A DNA stretch of 64,000 nt from a virus. The DNA lies in IMG/VR virus record IMGVR_UViG_3300005573_000001; one strand, written 5' to 3'. The notes under the pieces were generated by a model. The model searched no databases, was not told the DNA's origin, and saw only the letters and a program-made list of their open reading frames with translations. Within the stretch, counting starts at the first letter, position 1. Each line of letters begins with the position of its first letter. Position numbers and translations under genes: made by a program. Shown here in pieces: positions 47,043-57,200 of the stretch.

Positions 47043-50000
47043 ATGGCAGATAATAGACTCGACAAGATTAAGATACATGGGATTACGTATGTAAGGTCAG
47101 ACAAGCTAAGAACGATAGCTGTAACGCCCAAAGCAGCGCCCTTCAGCGATATACAAGAGAATAAGGTAGATGAGGTTTTCAGCAAGCTGCAAGCTGCAGA
47201 CAAGAACGCAGCCATGTTAAATTCGCCTATGCATCAAATTAATGCTAACGTAGACTTTGGGCGACCTGATATAACGTATCGGAATTACTGCAACATCTAT
47301 GAGAACGGCGGCCAAGTATTCGCGTTCGACATCGAGGGCAACAACACTATTATTGGCGGCATAAAGCAATTTGGTGTAACAGAGATTGGTATACATGGAT
47401 ATAAGGTCCCAGCTAAGGCTATGCGTCAGTCTGAGTCAATAACAAAGAGTAGTAGCTGGAATGCGGCAGTCAGGCTTTCGTCGCCACAGGCGGCATACTA
47501 CAAGAAACTACTGGATAGCGGGGACTTTGCTAGCTTATCTGAAGGAGACGCATGGGCCATATCCACCTTGGCTTCGTATAGCGGTGCCAAGTTTGGACCT
47601 GATGGCAGTATCGTCTCTAAAGGTCCGATACGCGTTTCTCCCAGACACGTAAGGGAATGGCTAGAATCAAGCGCATCTAACGTCAGAGCTGCCCGTGCTG
47701 GCTTAGAGGCGCTTCAGAGACATGGCTTGCCATTAAGTCAGGCTGCCGCACAGGTAAACAAGTATATAGCCGATAATACGCTACCAGGAATGCCAGTATT
47801 CTCGCTTGGGCAGGGCAGCAGGGGGTTTGACCTTCCGATACTACAGCGCGCAGGATTTAATTTACCGACCGATCATATAGACATGTTGGAGCTTATGACG
47901 CAGTCAAAGGAAGCTCCAGAGATACTACGTGGCGCTGCGGACCACATAGTTATGAACTATAGCTTGTCGTCATATGCTAAATCGGTTCTTGGACATGAAG
48001 AAACACACTCGGCTGCCGCAGACGCGGAACTAGTCGGTACCCTGTTTGAGAGAAGTATCTATAAAACAGACAGGCTTAGTCTTGGAAAGAAGAAACCAAT
48101 CAGACAGATGTTCGCAAACCCAGTAGGGGCAGCCATCGAGGCCGATAAGCTATACGCACTGCGCAGCGCATCGACATCCGACGGCAAGGTCCTCTTCGGC
48201 GGTGTCTGGGAGAATGTCAGTAAAAGTAAGAATGGCGAAATCAAGTGGCGACTTAATAAGTATAATACATACCCTGTTAGTAAATATAGTATGTATAGTG
48301 CCTATACATACGATATGCCTGTAAGCGCCATACCTAAAGATATGGCCAGTAAACTAGCCGAGGAACATGGAATTGCGTCTGACGAAACGTTGAAAGTATT
48401 AAAGCTTACTGAACACGGCGGCGACTACGTGTCGCGAATGGTGTTTAGGAACCAAGATGACTTGGAGGGGTTTATACAGCACACCTTTGGACGCCCACCA
48501 AAGAATGGGGCCGCGACAGTAGAGCGACAGGCCCACATGATAGACCAAGCACGTAGACAGTATATCAATACATGGAGCGATGTCGCCAAGTTTACGAAGT
48601 ATACTAAGGCCAGTCAGATACTCAAAAAATACGTAGATACTATGAGTGCGGCTGGAGAAAGATATAGTATACCGACGTTCAATACGATCGACGAGATGGT
48701 GTCTTACTGGAACGACGTCGTAAAGAAAGTTGGCGGCAAAAATCCTCTGAACACAAGGTCTCAAATCAGGGACTTTATCATGCTAGGAGATAGGTATGTA
48801 TCTGAAGCAATGGTTAGAGGGGAGCTTCTCAACGAGCTTCCAACCCTTGAGGACTCATACAGCAAACAGGTAGCGGTACGCCGGCTGTATCACGAACTAA
48901 AGTCGGCTGGCGCACTGCCAAAACCAACTGGAGTTCCATACGCGTCCAAGGCATTTATCCTTAATGTAGACGAGGAGCTTGGAGAGCAGTATTATACCGT
49001 GCTTAATCGCTGGAACAAGCGTGACTTAATACGAGGAATAAACAACGCCATCTATGGTTCAGGTGCAAAGAACATCGGAGCTGTAAATCGAAGAGCTAGA
49101 CTAATCGTTCAAGAACTTGCAGATAGAGGAGTCGTTGACCAGTCTGTAGCTAAAACGTTGCTTGACATGACTACAGGTAGAGGTATCGTAACGCCAACAT
49201 ATATATCCAGCAAATTAGCTTATGCAATCCAACATGGTCCCAGCCAAGATATGCCTAATGGCGAAATCCCTGAAACAATAATGGGGATACCAGTAAGGGG
49301 CACAGTAGAGGACGTACGCAGCAGAATCCGCACAAGAGCTGCCAACGGCGCAGTAGAAAGGGCATTATCCTTTACAAGGCAATTCACCTCCGGTCCCGCC
49401 TCAGGTACAGGTAAACTTACACCAGAAGGTGAGGCAATACTCGAGAAGTATCAGAGTAGGGTTACCAAGAGGCTTAAAGAGAGTCTCGGGGTTACCGGTA
49501 ATATCGGAGAAATAGTAAAGACTAAGACTGGAGCTCGTATCATGATCTCGGTTCCTAATATGAAGGACGAGGTCAATAAGCTCATGGAAAACTGGGGAAG
49601 ACACGGCTTCAGTACTACGCTATCATATGATAGGACGTCCAACACGCTATTAGTTGCCGCGCAACGAAAGAGCATACAAGGCGCTACAGATATAGCGGAG
49701 ACGATCTCTAGCGGAAAGGTCGTTAGGTTTGCCATACCCTTAAGTCATGCCGAGGGATACTATACGATAGGCGGAACACGTAGAATGGCTCCTTTCTTCC
49801 TAAAGGAGGCCAAAGGCACAACACATCGGTTCACGGACATGTCCGTAGAGCTTACACGAAGGTATGCAAACTACGCTAGACTTGTCGCAGAAAAACTAGA
49901 GAGCGGCGCTAGCTATACTGAAGTTAATAATATGATACAGTCACTTCCAGGCAAGATGTTTATGGAAATGACAAACTTGGACTCCGACCTTAAGACTACA

Positions 50001-53000
50001 ATCAGTAGAAGCGGCGACTGGATGAGAACTAAGGCCATCTTCTTCGGCGATGTGAGCTCTTTTGGCAAGCCATGGAAAGACATCGGTTGGGACAAGAAGA
50101 TGGCAGCCAGGGAGCTTAGCGAGATGATGTGGAAAACCTACGGCATAACAACAGTTCCGTTCCGCGAGTCAGGGGCCGGACACAGTATGGGTATTCTCTA
50201 TGACCTTGTCAAACATACAAGGATTGGGCAAGAGCACATGACGCTCTATAGTCCCACTTTCTGGCAGACTGCCAACATCCTGAATGCCGGCGAGTTCAGA
50301 GTCAAGGGTGGGTATACCACTATAGAGGAGGCAATAAAAAACAACGAAAATATATTATTAGAGAAAAGCGGCAAGCTTGGCGAATATGAGCGCCCGCTCC
50401 TAACAGCATTCGAGCAAAAGCAGGAGCGTACCGGTAGCGCCAAAAGGTTTATGCTTAAGACGGTATACATGGAAGACGCTATGCTTCACGAGCTTGGATT
50501 AAAGGAAAGCGTATATAAGGGTAATATAATCGTCGACAAAGACGTAGCAAAGATTTTAGTGGCTACCGGCCATACGAAGAAGTATAAGATTCCATGGGAA
50601 AACTTAGACCCGGAAATACAGGCCAGGTTAGCTACAGAAGAATACAGCGGGTCAAGGTTCTTAGAGTTAAGCCCTAAAAGAAATGGCGGATACGTATATA
50701 ATGGCAATAGAATGGTCACGGTTGGCAAGGTGGCATCAGAAAGCATCGCGTCCAACATCTCAGACCCGACAAACTATAGACCGATAACTCATAAGCTCTC
50801 AGGAGACGTATATACACACATCGAATACGACAAGCGTACGCAGACGTTAATGCTTAGGACCATATACGACACAAGTACCGCCAGCAAACTGTTTGCGGGA
50901 TCTGATAAGGTCATGCCAACATTCGTAGACATGAACCCAATCATATTGCGGGCACGGGAGAAATTTGGTATAGACCTCACCGGTGTAAGGGCTATCACCT
51001 CCGCTTCAGAAATAACCAAGAAAGGAGCATGGGATACGCCCGTCGCATCATGGATGCTTTATGGTATAAAGAGCGGGGTAGACAGAGGTATAGAACTACC
51101 AGAAATACAGAAGTCACTAAGGACGCACTTTGGACTCAAGACAACAATCGACTCACGCGGCAGACTCATCAGTAGAGGGTACGACTTTAGGCTTGCCAGT
51201 AAATTCGAATCAGACGAAGCAAGGTGGGCAAACTGGTTTAAGAGCATGGGCATGAGCATGGACGATGCTCTGCTCAAGACCACAAGCGGGAACGAGCTCT
51301 TTATGGGATACACAGAATTCGGTATGAGCGACGTGTTCCGCTATATGCGCGCCTATGGGAAAACTCTCGACGAGGCTAACAAAGGCATATACTTCGGTAA
51401 ACGTGAACTAGACGCACTTAGGAAATTAAAATCAGATATTACAGACAACATAAGCTATCGTGGTGCCGAACAGACAATAGCATACATCCAAGGTGAAATC
51501 CAAAGAAGTCCCGAATTTCGCAACGTTAAGCCATCTCAGTGGGGTTCATTGTGGTACTCTCCATTAGAAAGTCTATATAAACAAGACCCAACTGTATCTA
51601 TAGTTACAGATACGATGACCGGTGAGGAAATCGGAAAGAGAATACTGCGCAGCGGTCGTGTCTTCAATAAGAAGGGCGGACCAGAAACCTTAGTATATAG
51701 CAGGGGGTCTTACATTCCAAACCTGCCGGAAGGCGTAAGGGCAATACCGGTAAGTGAGTTACACTCTATAGAGGGTACACTTAATATGGGGGAACCAATT
51801 CGGACACACGTAGGTGACGCAGTGTCAGATATTGGTAGAGTCATCAAGGGTACCGTCTACGACCCGCGGCTCGCCGGCAAAAGCGGAGGATGGCACTTAG
51901 AGCTACCGTTCCCGGTAACAGTCGGGGATGAAATGGTACGAAAGACAGTATCAACTATGTATATGATAGGAGCTCAGGAGGTAAGGGGTCGGATATTCAA
52001 CAACGACGCACTAAGAATAGCAGATGCCCTTGTCGGAGCCATCAATACCTTCCAGAACCCCGAAGCGGCGGCAAGTGAAGTGACAAGAGCCAGAGAGAGG
52101 ATCCCGCAATTAGTCAACCAGTATTACGGAGAGGTTTGGCGTCAGATATTCAGCAAGGATAGCAAGCTGTATGAAGAGTTCCTCGGTGGATATGTAGGTA
52201 GGTCTGCAATACTCACTCCTAAAACAGAAAACGTCCTAAGCAACCTTGCCGAGAGCAACACGGTAAAAATCTCAAGACAGGCTGCGGCGACAATGCTTGA
52301 AGGCATAAGTCAGGCAGACCAAATTATGAGGGAGATGGAACATGGCGAAGGAATACCAAGTTTAATGGGCAGGGAGCCGATATTTCATAGGGGTGCCCAA
52401 AGTTATGTCAGAACCAAGATAGACCCTAACATTGAGAAGAACGTAATCATGCTGACAGTCGGACAGGAATATATAGCACAGGCAGATAACGATGGCGACC
52501 CGATAAGACTGAAGCTGCTACTCGGACGCAATCCTGACAAGTATATAGAGAACCTTCATACAGCAAGGGAATGTGTCGATAGGCTCCTTGCTACTAACCC
52601 GAGTCAAGCGGAGTTCAACAAGCGGCTGCAACAGGAACTGTACAGGTACCGCAATAATGCAGATATGCCCCTCATAATAGAATCCATACTCAAGGAGCGC
52701 GCCGCCAAGAGAAACACAGATGCCGTTACGCTACTAATAGCCGGCGAAGAAACATCTAAGGTATCTACTAATATGCTTAAGAAGGCTCGGGAGCAGAAAG
52801 AACAATGGGACTATATTAAGTCAGCCAGGTCTAATAAGACACCCGAGATGCGGCAATTAGAGATGATGATTGCCAGCGAACAGAATATGGCCAAGGAGCT
52901 CTACATCGGTCGCATGAGTAACATTAACCTTAGGATAAAGACCTTTGTAGACTACGTTAACGAGTATGGTTCCGACGCTATAACGGTAGGCAAGTATGTA

Positions 53001-54260
53001 AAGAACACATTAGGACTAGCGACAGCAAGCGCCTCAATAGATAGTTACAGCAACGTATTTAAGGCCCTTAGCGACACTGCCTCCACTCAAGCGGAGCTCC
53101 TGTACGACGCAGCCAGTAAAATCGGCGGAGGTATGGAGAGCAACGTTGTTACAGACCTTAATAAGAAAATCATGCAACACCTTGGAGAGGGAACTACTCA
53201 AGAGGAAGTCCGCAGACTATACGACAAGCTAGGCAGTCTATTCGATGCATATCAGAGTGGCGGATGGAAAGAGGGCAACAGGCTACGTCAAGAGTTCCTA
53301 AAGTTGACCCCAGAGCGTGCGCTGTCCATCGATATGCAGTCTATAACACTCAACGGGCAAATCGACGACATCAGGAACAGACTGGTTGACGTATACGGTG
53401 CTGGCAACAGAGACGAAATAGAGAGCACCATTAAGAAGTTCTTCAGTATTAGTGGTTCTAATATGACGCTCGGCGACTATATTGACTATATAGATAAACA
53501 ATACAGCACCATAGAAAGTAGTATGAGCGCGCTTGGCGATAGCATGAAGCAGGTCTTTGGACAGCATATGCCGTTTATGCATGGTAGAGAAAGCGCAACC
53601 GGTACTACCGCGCTCATCGCCGCAGCACAGATGGAAGGCAATATGCCTGTTGTAATGTCCCCCACAGACTTCCGTAATCTACAAAGCTTTATAGGTAAAA
53701 GTAGTGAACACATAGCCGAAGTTGAGGAAACCTTAAGGTATAGGGCGAACATAGCAAGCGCAGCTATGAGGGAAGCAAGTACAGAGGCCAAGATAACCAA
53801 TGAAATTGTGTCAGACAGTGCACGGGTAATGGCTGATGACATACTAAAATCCAGACAGCGCAAAATTAACGTACCAGGCGGCAAACTGATTGGCGGCGTT
53901 ATGGCAGCCAGTCTTGCAGCTGCATTGTTTGCAGGAGAACCAGAAGAAAAGACAAGTGGTCAGGCACAAGCCGAAGACGTGCAAGGCACATACAAAGAAT
54001 TAGACCCTTCACTATTGCCGCCGTCCTCTCTAGGTACTGGTCCCACAGCAAGAATAACAACTAATACAGGGGTGTCACGCATACATATAAGCGTAAGCGA
54101 TCCCAAAGGCATAAGCCAGGCGCAGCTCAATCGAATCGTAGAACAGTACGTGAGGACCCCAAGGATATACAACTCACGTAAGGATAACTCTGCCAGGATC
54201 GACAGGCAGTGGACGGAAGATAAGATAAGAAAAGCTATGACCTATGGGTATACATTTTAA
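47043..54260 (+). CDS. Giant virion protein: DEDDh 3'-5' exonuclease domain plus single-chain two-barrel (beta/beta'-like) RNA polymerase
   Basis: Exonuclease D96/E98 (FDIEG), D263 (GFDLP), H322/D327 (HSAAAD). RNAP-like motifs in canonical order: SKLFAGSDKV, YFGKRELDAL, KLYEEFLGGYVGRSA, MGREPIFHR, QADNDGDPI. Confidence 0.8.
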   Translation: MADNRLDKIKIHGITYVRSDKLRTIAVTPKAAPFSDIQENKVDEVFSKLQAADKNAAMLNSPMHQINANVDFGRPDITYRNYCNIYENGGQVFAFDIEGNNTIIGGIKQFGVTEIGIHGYKVPAKAMRQSESITKSSSWNAAVRLSSPQAAYYKKLLDSGDFASLSEGDAWAISTLASYSGAKFGPDGSIVSKGPIRVSPRHVREWLESSASNVRAARAGLEALQRHGLPLSQAAAQVNKYIADNTLPGMPVFSLGQGSRGFDLPILQRAGFNLPTDHIDMLELMTQSKEAPEILRGAADHIVMNYSLSSYAKSVLGHEETHSAAADAELVGTLFERSIYKTDRLSLGKKKPIRQMFANPVGAAIEADKLYALRSASTSDGKVLFGGVWENVSKSKNGEIKWRLNKYNTYPVSKYSMYSAYTYDMPVSAIPKDMASKLAEEHGIASDETLKVLKLTEHGGDYVSRMVFRNQDDLEGFIQHTFGRPPKNGAATVERQAHMIDQARRQYINTWSDVAKFTKYTKASQILKKYVDTMSAAGERYSIPTFNTIDEMVSYWNDVVKKVGGKNPLNTRSQIRDFIMLGDRYVSEAMVRGELLNELPTLEDSYSKQVAVRRLYHELKSAGALPKPTGVPYASKAFILNVDEELGEQYYTVLNRWNKRDLIRGINNAIYGSGAKNIGAVNRRARLIVQELADRGVVDQSVAKTLLDMTTGRGIVTPTYISSKLAYAIQHGPSQDMPNGEIPETIMGIPVRGTVEDVRSRIRTRAANGAVERALSFTRQFTSGPASGTGKLTPEGEAILEKYQSRVTKRLKESLGVTGNIGEIVKTKTGARIMISVPNMKDEVNKLMENWGRHGFSTTLSYDRTSNTLLVAAQRKSIQGATDIAETISSGKVVRFAIPLSHAEGYYTIGGTRRMAPFFLKEAKGTTHRFTDMSVELTRRYANYARLVAEKLESGASYTEVNNMIQSLPGKMFMEMTNLDSDLKTTISRSGDWMRTKAIFFGDVSSFGKPWKDIGWDKKMAARELSEMMWKTYGITTVPFRESGAGHSMGILYDLVKHTRIGQEHMTLYSPTFWQTANILNAGEFRVKGGYTTIEEAIKNNENILLEKSGKLGEYERPLLTAFEQKQERTGSAKRFMLKTVYMEDAMLHELGLKESVYKGNIIVDKDVAKILVATGHTKKYKIPWENLDPEIQARLATEEYSGSRFLELSPKRNGGYVYNGNRMVTVGKVASESIASNISDPTNYRPITHKLSGDVYTHIEYDKRTQTLMLRTIYDTSTASKLFAGSDKVMPTFVDMNPIILRAREKFGIDLTGVRAITSASEITKKGAWDTPVASWMLYGIKSGVDRGIELPEIQKSLRTHFGLKTTIDSRGRLISRGYDFRLASKFESDEARWANWFKSMGMSMDDALLKTTSGNELFMGYTEFGMSDVFRYMRAYGKTLDEANKGIYFGKRELDALRKLKSDITDNISYRGAEQTIAYIQGEIQRSPEFRNVKPSQWGSLWYSPLESLYKQDPTVSIVTDTMTGEEIGKRILRSGRVFNKKGGPETLVYSRGSYIPNLPEGVRAIPVSELHSIEGTLNMGEPIRTHVGDAVSDIGRVIKGTVYDPRLAGKSGGWHLELPFPVTVGDEMVRKTVSTMYMIGAQEVRGRIFNNDALRIADALVGAINTFQNPEAAASEVTRARERIPQLVNQYYGEVWRQIFSKDSKLYEEFLGGYVGRSAILTPKTENVLSNLAESNTVKISRQAAATMLEGISQADQIMREMEHGEGIPSLMGREPIFHRGAQSYVRTKIDPNIEKNVIMLTVGQEYIAQADNDGDPIRLKLLLGRNPDKYIENLHTARECVDRLLATNPSQAEFNKRLQQELYRYRNNADMPLIIESILKERAAKRNTDAVTLLIAGEETSKVSTNMLKKAREQKEQWDYIKSARSNKTPEMRQLEMMIASEQNMAKELYIGRMSNINLRIKTFVDYVNEYGSDAITVGKYVKNTLGLATASASIDSYSNVFKALSDTASTQAELLYDAASKIGGGMESNVVTDLNKKIMQHLGEGTTQEEVRRLYDKLGSLFDAYQSGGWKEGNRLRQEFLKLTPERALSIDMQSITLNGQIDDIRNRLVDVYGAGNRDEIESTIKKFFSISGSNMTLGDYIDYIDKQYSTIESSMSALGDSMKQVFGQHMPFMHGRESATGTTALIAAAQMEGNMPVVMSPTDFRNLQSFIGKSSEHIAEVEETLRYRANIASAAMREASTEAKITNEIVSDSARVMADDILKSRQRKINVPGGKLIGGVMAASLAAALFAGEPEEKTSGQAQAEDVQGTYKELDPSLLPPSSLGTGPTARITTNTGVSRIHISVSDPKGISQAQLNRIVEQYVRTPRIYNSRKDNSARIDRQWTEDKIRKAMTYGYTF

Positions 54261-54272
54261 GGAGTACTATAC

Positions 54273-57200
54273 ATGTCAAACAGCGATAATGTACTAAGTC
54301 AGGCAGAATTCAGTAGTAGCGCAGTTAAGGCGTTTCAAAAAGCACATGCACAGGATAATATCAACTATCAATTTGAGATGTTTCCAGGAGGAATCAATCC
54401 CGATCCGTCTGGCACCAATGGCGTACGAATTACAACACCAGAGTGTCTGTACGGCAAGGTCGTAAAGGTATACGACGGCGATACCTTCGATATTGAATTG
54501 TACGCAGTAAGCGAAGGATTGCAACTCTGGATTAATGGTGGTTTGGAGGACCCGTTCCTGTATGACACCGCTAGTAACAAGCACATATACTATACAGTCC
54601 GGTTAGTTGGCATCGACTGCGCCGAGTTAAAGAGCACATCTAATAGTGAGGAGAAGAATAGAGAATATCTCTATTATCTTGGTATACGCGATACAACGGA
54701 TACCCTATCTCGCATGTACGATCTAGCCGAAGAAGCTAAGGCTGCTACTGCTAAGATGGTCCTAAACAAGATGGTAGTCGTCTGGCTAGAAAATGACGTT
54801 GCGGCACCACACCATGTAGACACACATGGGAGACTAGTCGGATGCGTATACGTACCGTTAACCAAGGGTAACAATGGTAGCTCAAAAGACTACCCAGAAT
54901 GGAATCAGATAGGTATCAATGTAAATACGACCTTGCTTGCCACTAAAACCAAGATATTTGAGCATGAGAACCCTGACACTCGTCTGGCAAAGATCTCTAT
55001 CTATTTGGATAGTAGCAATAACGAGCTCGTAAGCCGTTTTCCGATAGCAGCATGGGCTAACTTAGGCATGAAACCTGGAGAACAGCAGACTGATGAAGTC
55101 GATACAGAGCTTAACAGGATGATTGATAAGTGGCTCGAAGCTATAAGCGTCAGTGAACGTGGTGGGGTTTATATAGGGTCTGACGGAACCCTATGGGGGC
55201 ACAAAACAGAAGGAGACAACATCGTATGTAAGGAAATAATAGCTGGTGGTAAGGACGGCGTTACGTTTGGCACTAGAAGGTTTGTACAGGACGACATATG
55301 GGTTAATAATCTAAATCCAATACCAGCAGCCGAGGACGAGGCAGAACTATCGTCCAAAGGCTATAAATTAGACCTTCAGGACATACCTGGTATCAATCAA
55401 TATGGATATGTCGATACTCGCGTACGTATCGGAGACACAATCCTTACAGTTCCTCCTTTAGCAATCCGTGTGCGTAACGTAACACAGAGTACTAAGGTTA
55501 ATACGTTGCGTAATAATAGCTCGATGCAAACTCAGTCCGGTTACGTAAACACAGTAGTCGAAATGGAACTATTCTTTCACGACCTTGAGTCGATTAATGG
55601 CATCGAGATACCTAACCCATTCCAGAATGCCGACTTCACATTCAAGGATGGCGTACCACCGATATTAACGGAGAGATGGAAGAATCCCTACGCCATCAAT
55701 GGTCTGCGCAGTCTAATCGCCCAGTTTAAGAAGGCTCCATTCCTCCCTATATATTGTGAATACCTAGAGGATGCCCATGAAATCGGGGCGGTCGCACTAG
55801 AGTCAATCAACGTAAGTACAGTGCCAGGATTCCCGAACTGCCTAATGGCTACGCTAGTTATGACTGCGTTCGACTGGAACACATACTTAATAGATTGTGC
55901 CGACTTCGGAGACAAATTCAACTGGCCTATCTTCAGGTGGTATTACCAGCATTGTATGCAGCCAAGTAAGAACAATAAGGGGTACGACACCTTTACATAC
56001 CTTCCAGCCATCGGCAAAGACAATACTACTAGTGATAAGATCAGCTTCTATATAGCAGACGAAGGGGTCCTTGCGGCGCGTCTTTGGGCTATAAAGGAGA
56101 TGCGTAACTATATATCGCCTCTTGACTTTAAGGAACAGTCTAAGGACAAGACAGTAGCATTAGGACAAATGCAATACGACGGCATCACTATTAACAGTGC
56201 TATAGACCAAGCTAATAGGTTCAAACAATGGATAGCAGAGACTACAGACACGAACCGGCGCGGGAATGCACAGGTAGTGCCCGACTTTCGGTGCGCAGGA
56301 ATGTCGGCAAATGACCCACCGGTGCACCTACCAACCACCTATGGGCAAGTATATCATATTTTAACTGGGGGCGGCAAATATCCGTTCAATATGATGCCGC
56401 CATCAATTAATCGTGACGGCAATGTCGTATTCGAACAGTTTGCCGGCAGGTTGTGCGTCTCTACATACCTAGGATGTCCTGTTGAGAATTTCTATGACAT
56501 GTTCGGCAATCCGATCAACTTGTATAGCTATAACACCCGTCCCAGTCCATATCAGATATTCACTGGCCATTATGCAGACTACTTAAAGCATCTTGGAAAG
56601 AGCGCATGTGCGGAAGACGTAGCAAAGATGTTACCAGAAGCGGTCTGGGCTAAATACTTTACAGAAATGATGGAGTATGTGTATGGCAAGAATGCGACGG
56701 ACTACTACTTTGTCATTAACGGCATGTTGCCTACAAGGTTATATGATCTTACAGATACGGGGATAGCCATGGGCTATGCTCTCGACTCGGTGTTTAACAA
56801 TATAGCATTCATCAAGTTTGTAGGGATGAACAAGATACAACTACTATATGACTCAGCTAATTCTAAGATTACTGAAACCACTAGGAAGAATATTGACGAT
56901 AACCCTTATCTTCTAGCGCAAGGCGGCGGTATGATGTACATACCGCTCTATGCCGAGATTAACTCCGTCATTATAGAAGGGAGTAAGTACGTATTCATTG
57001 ACATACCCAGCAATGAGGAAAGCGCAGGGTGCGTACGTGTAGTCGCCGCAATACCGCTTGGAGACGACGTTATATGTGCCCAACTAAAGAGAGCAGCCAA
57101 ATACTACGACGAGTCTATCCAGGGATATAGTAACTTTATCAATTACATGAATAAATTCTATGAGAGTGACGAGTCGGATCTCCCAATGCTACTCGCTGTA

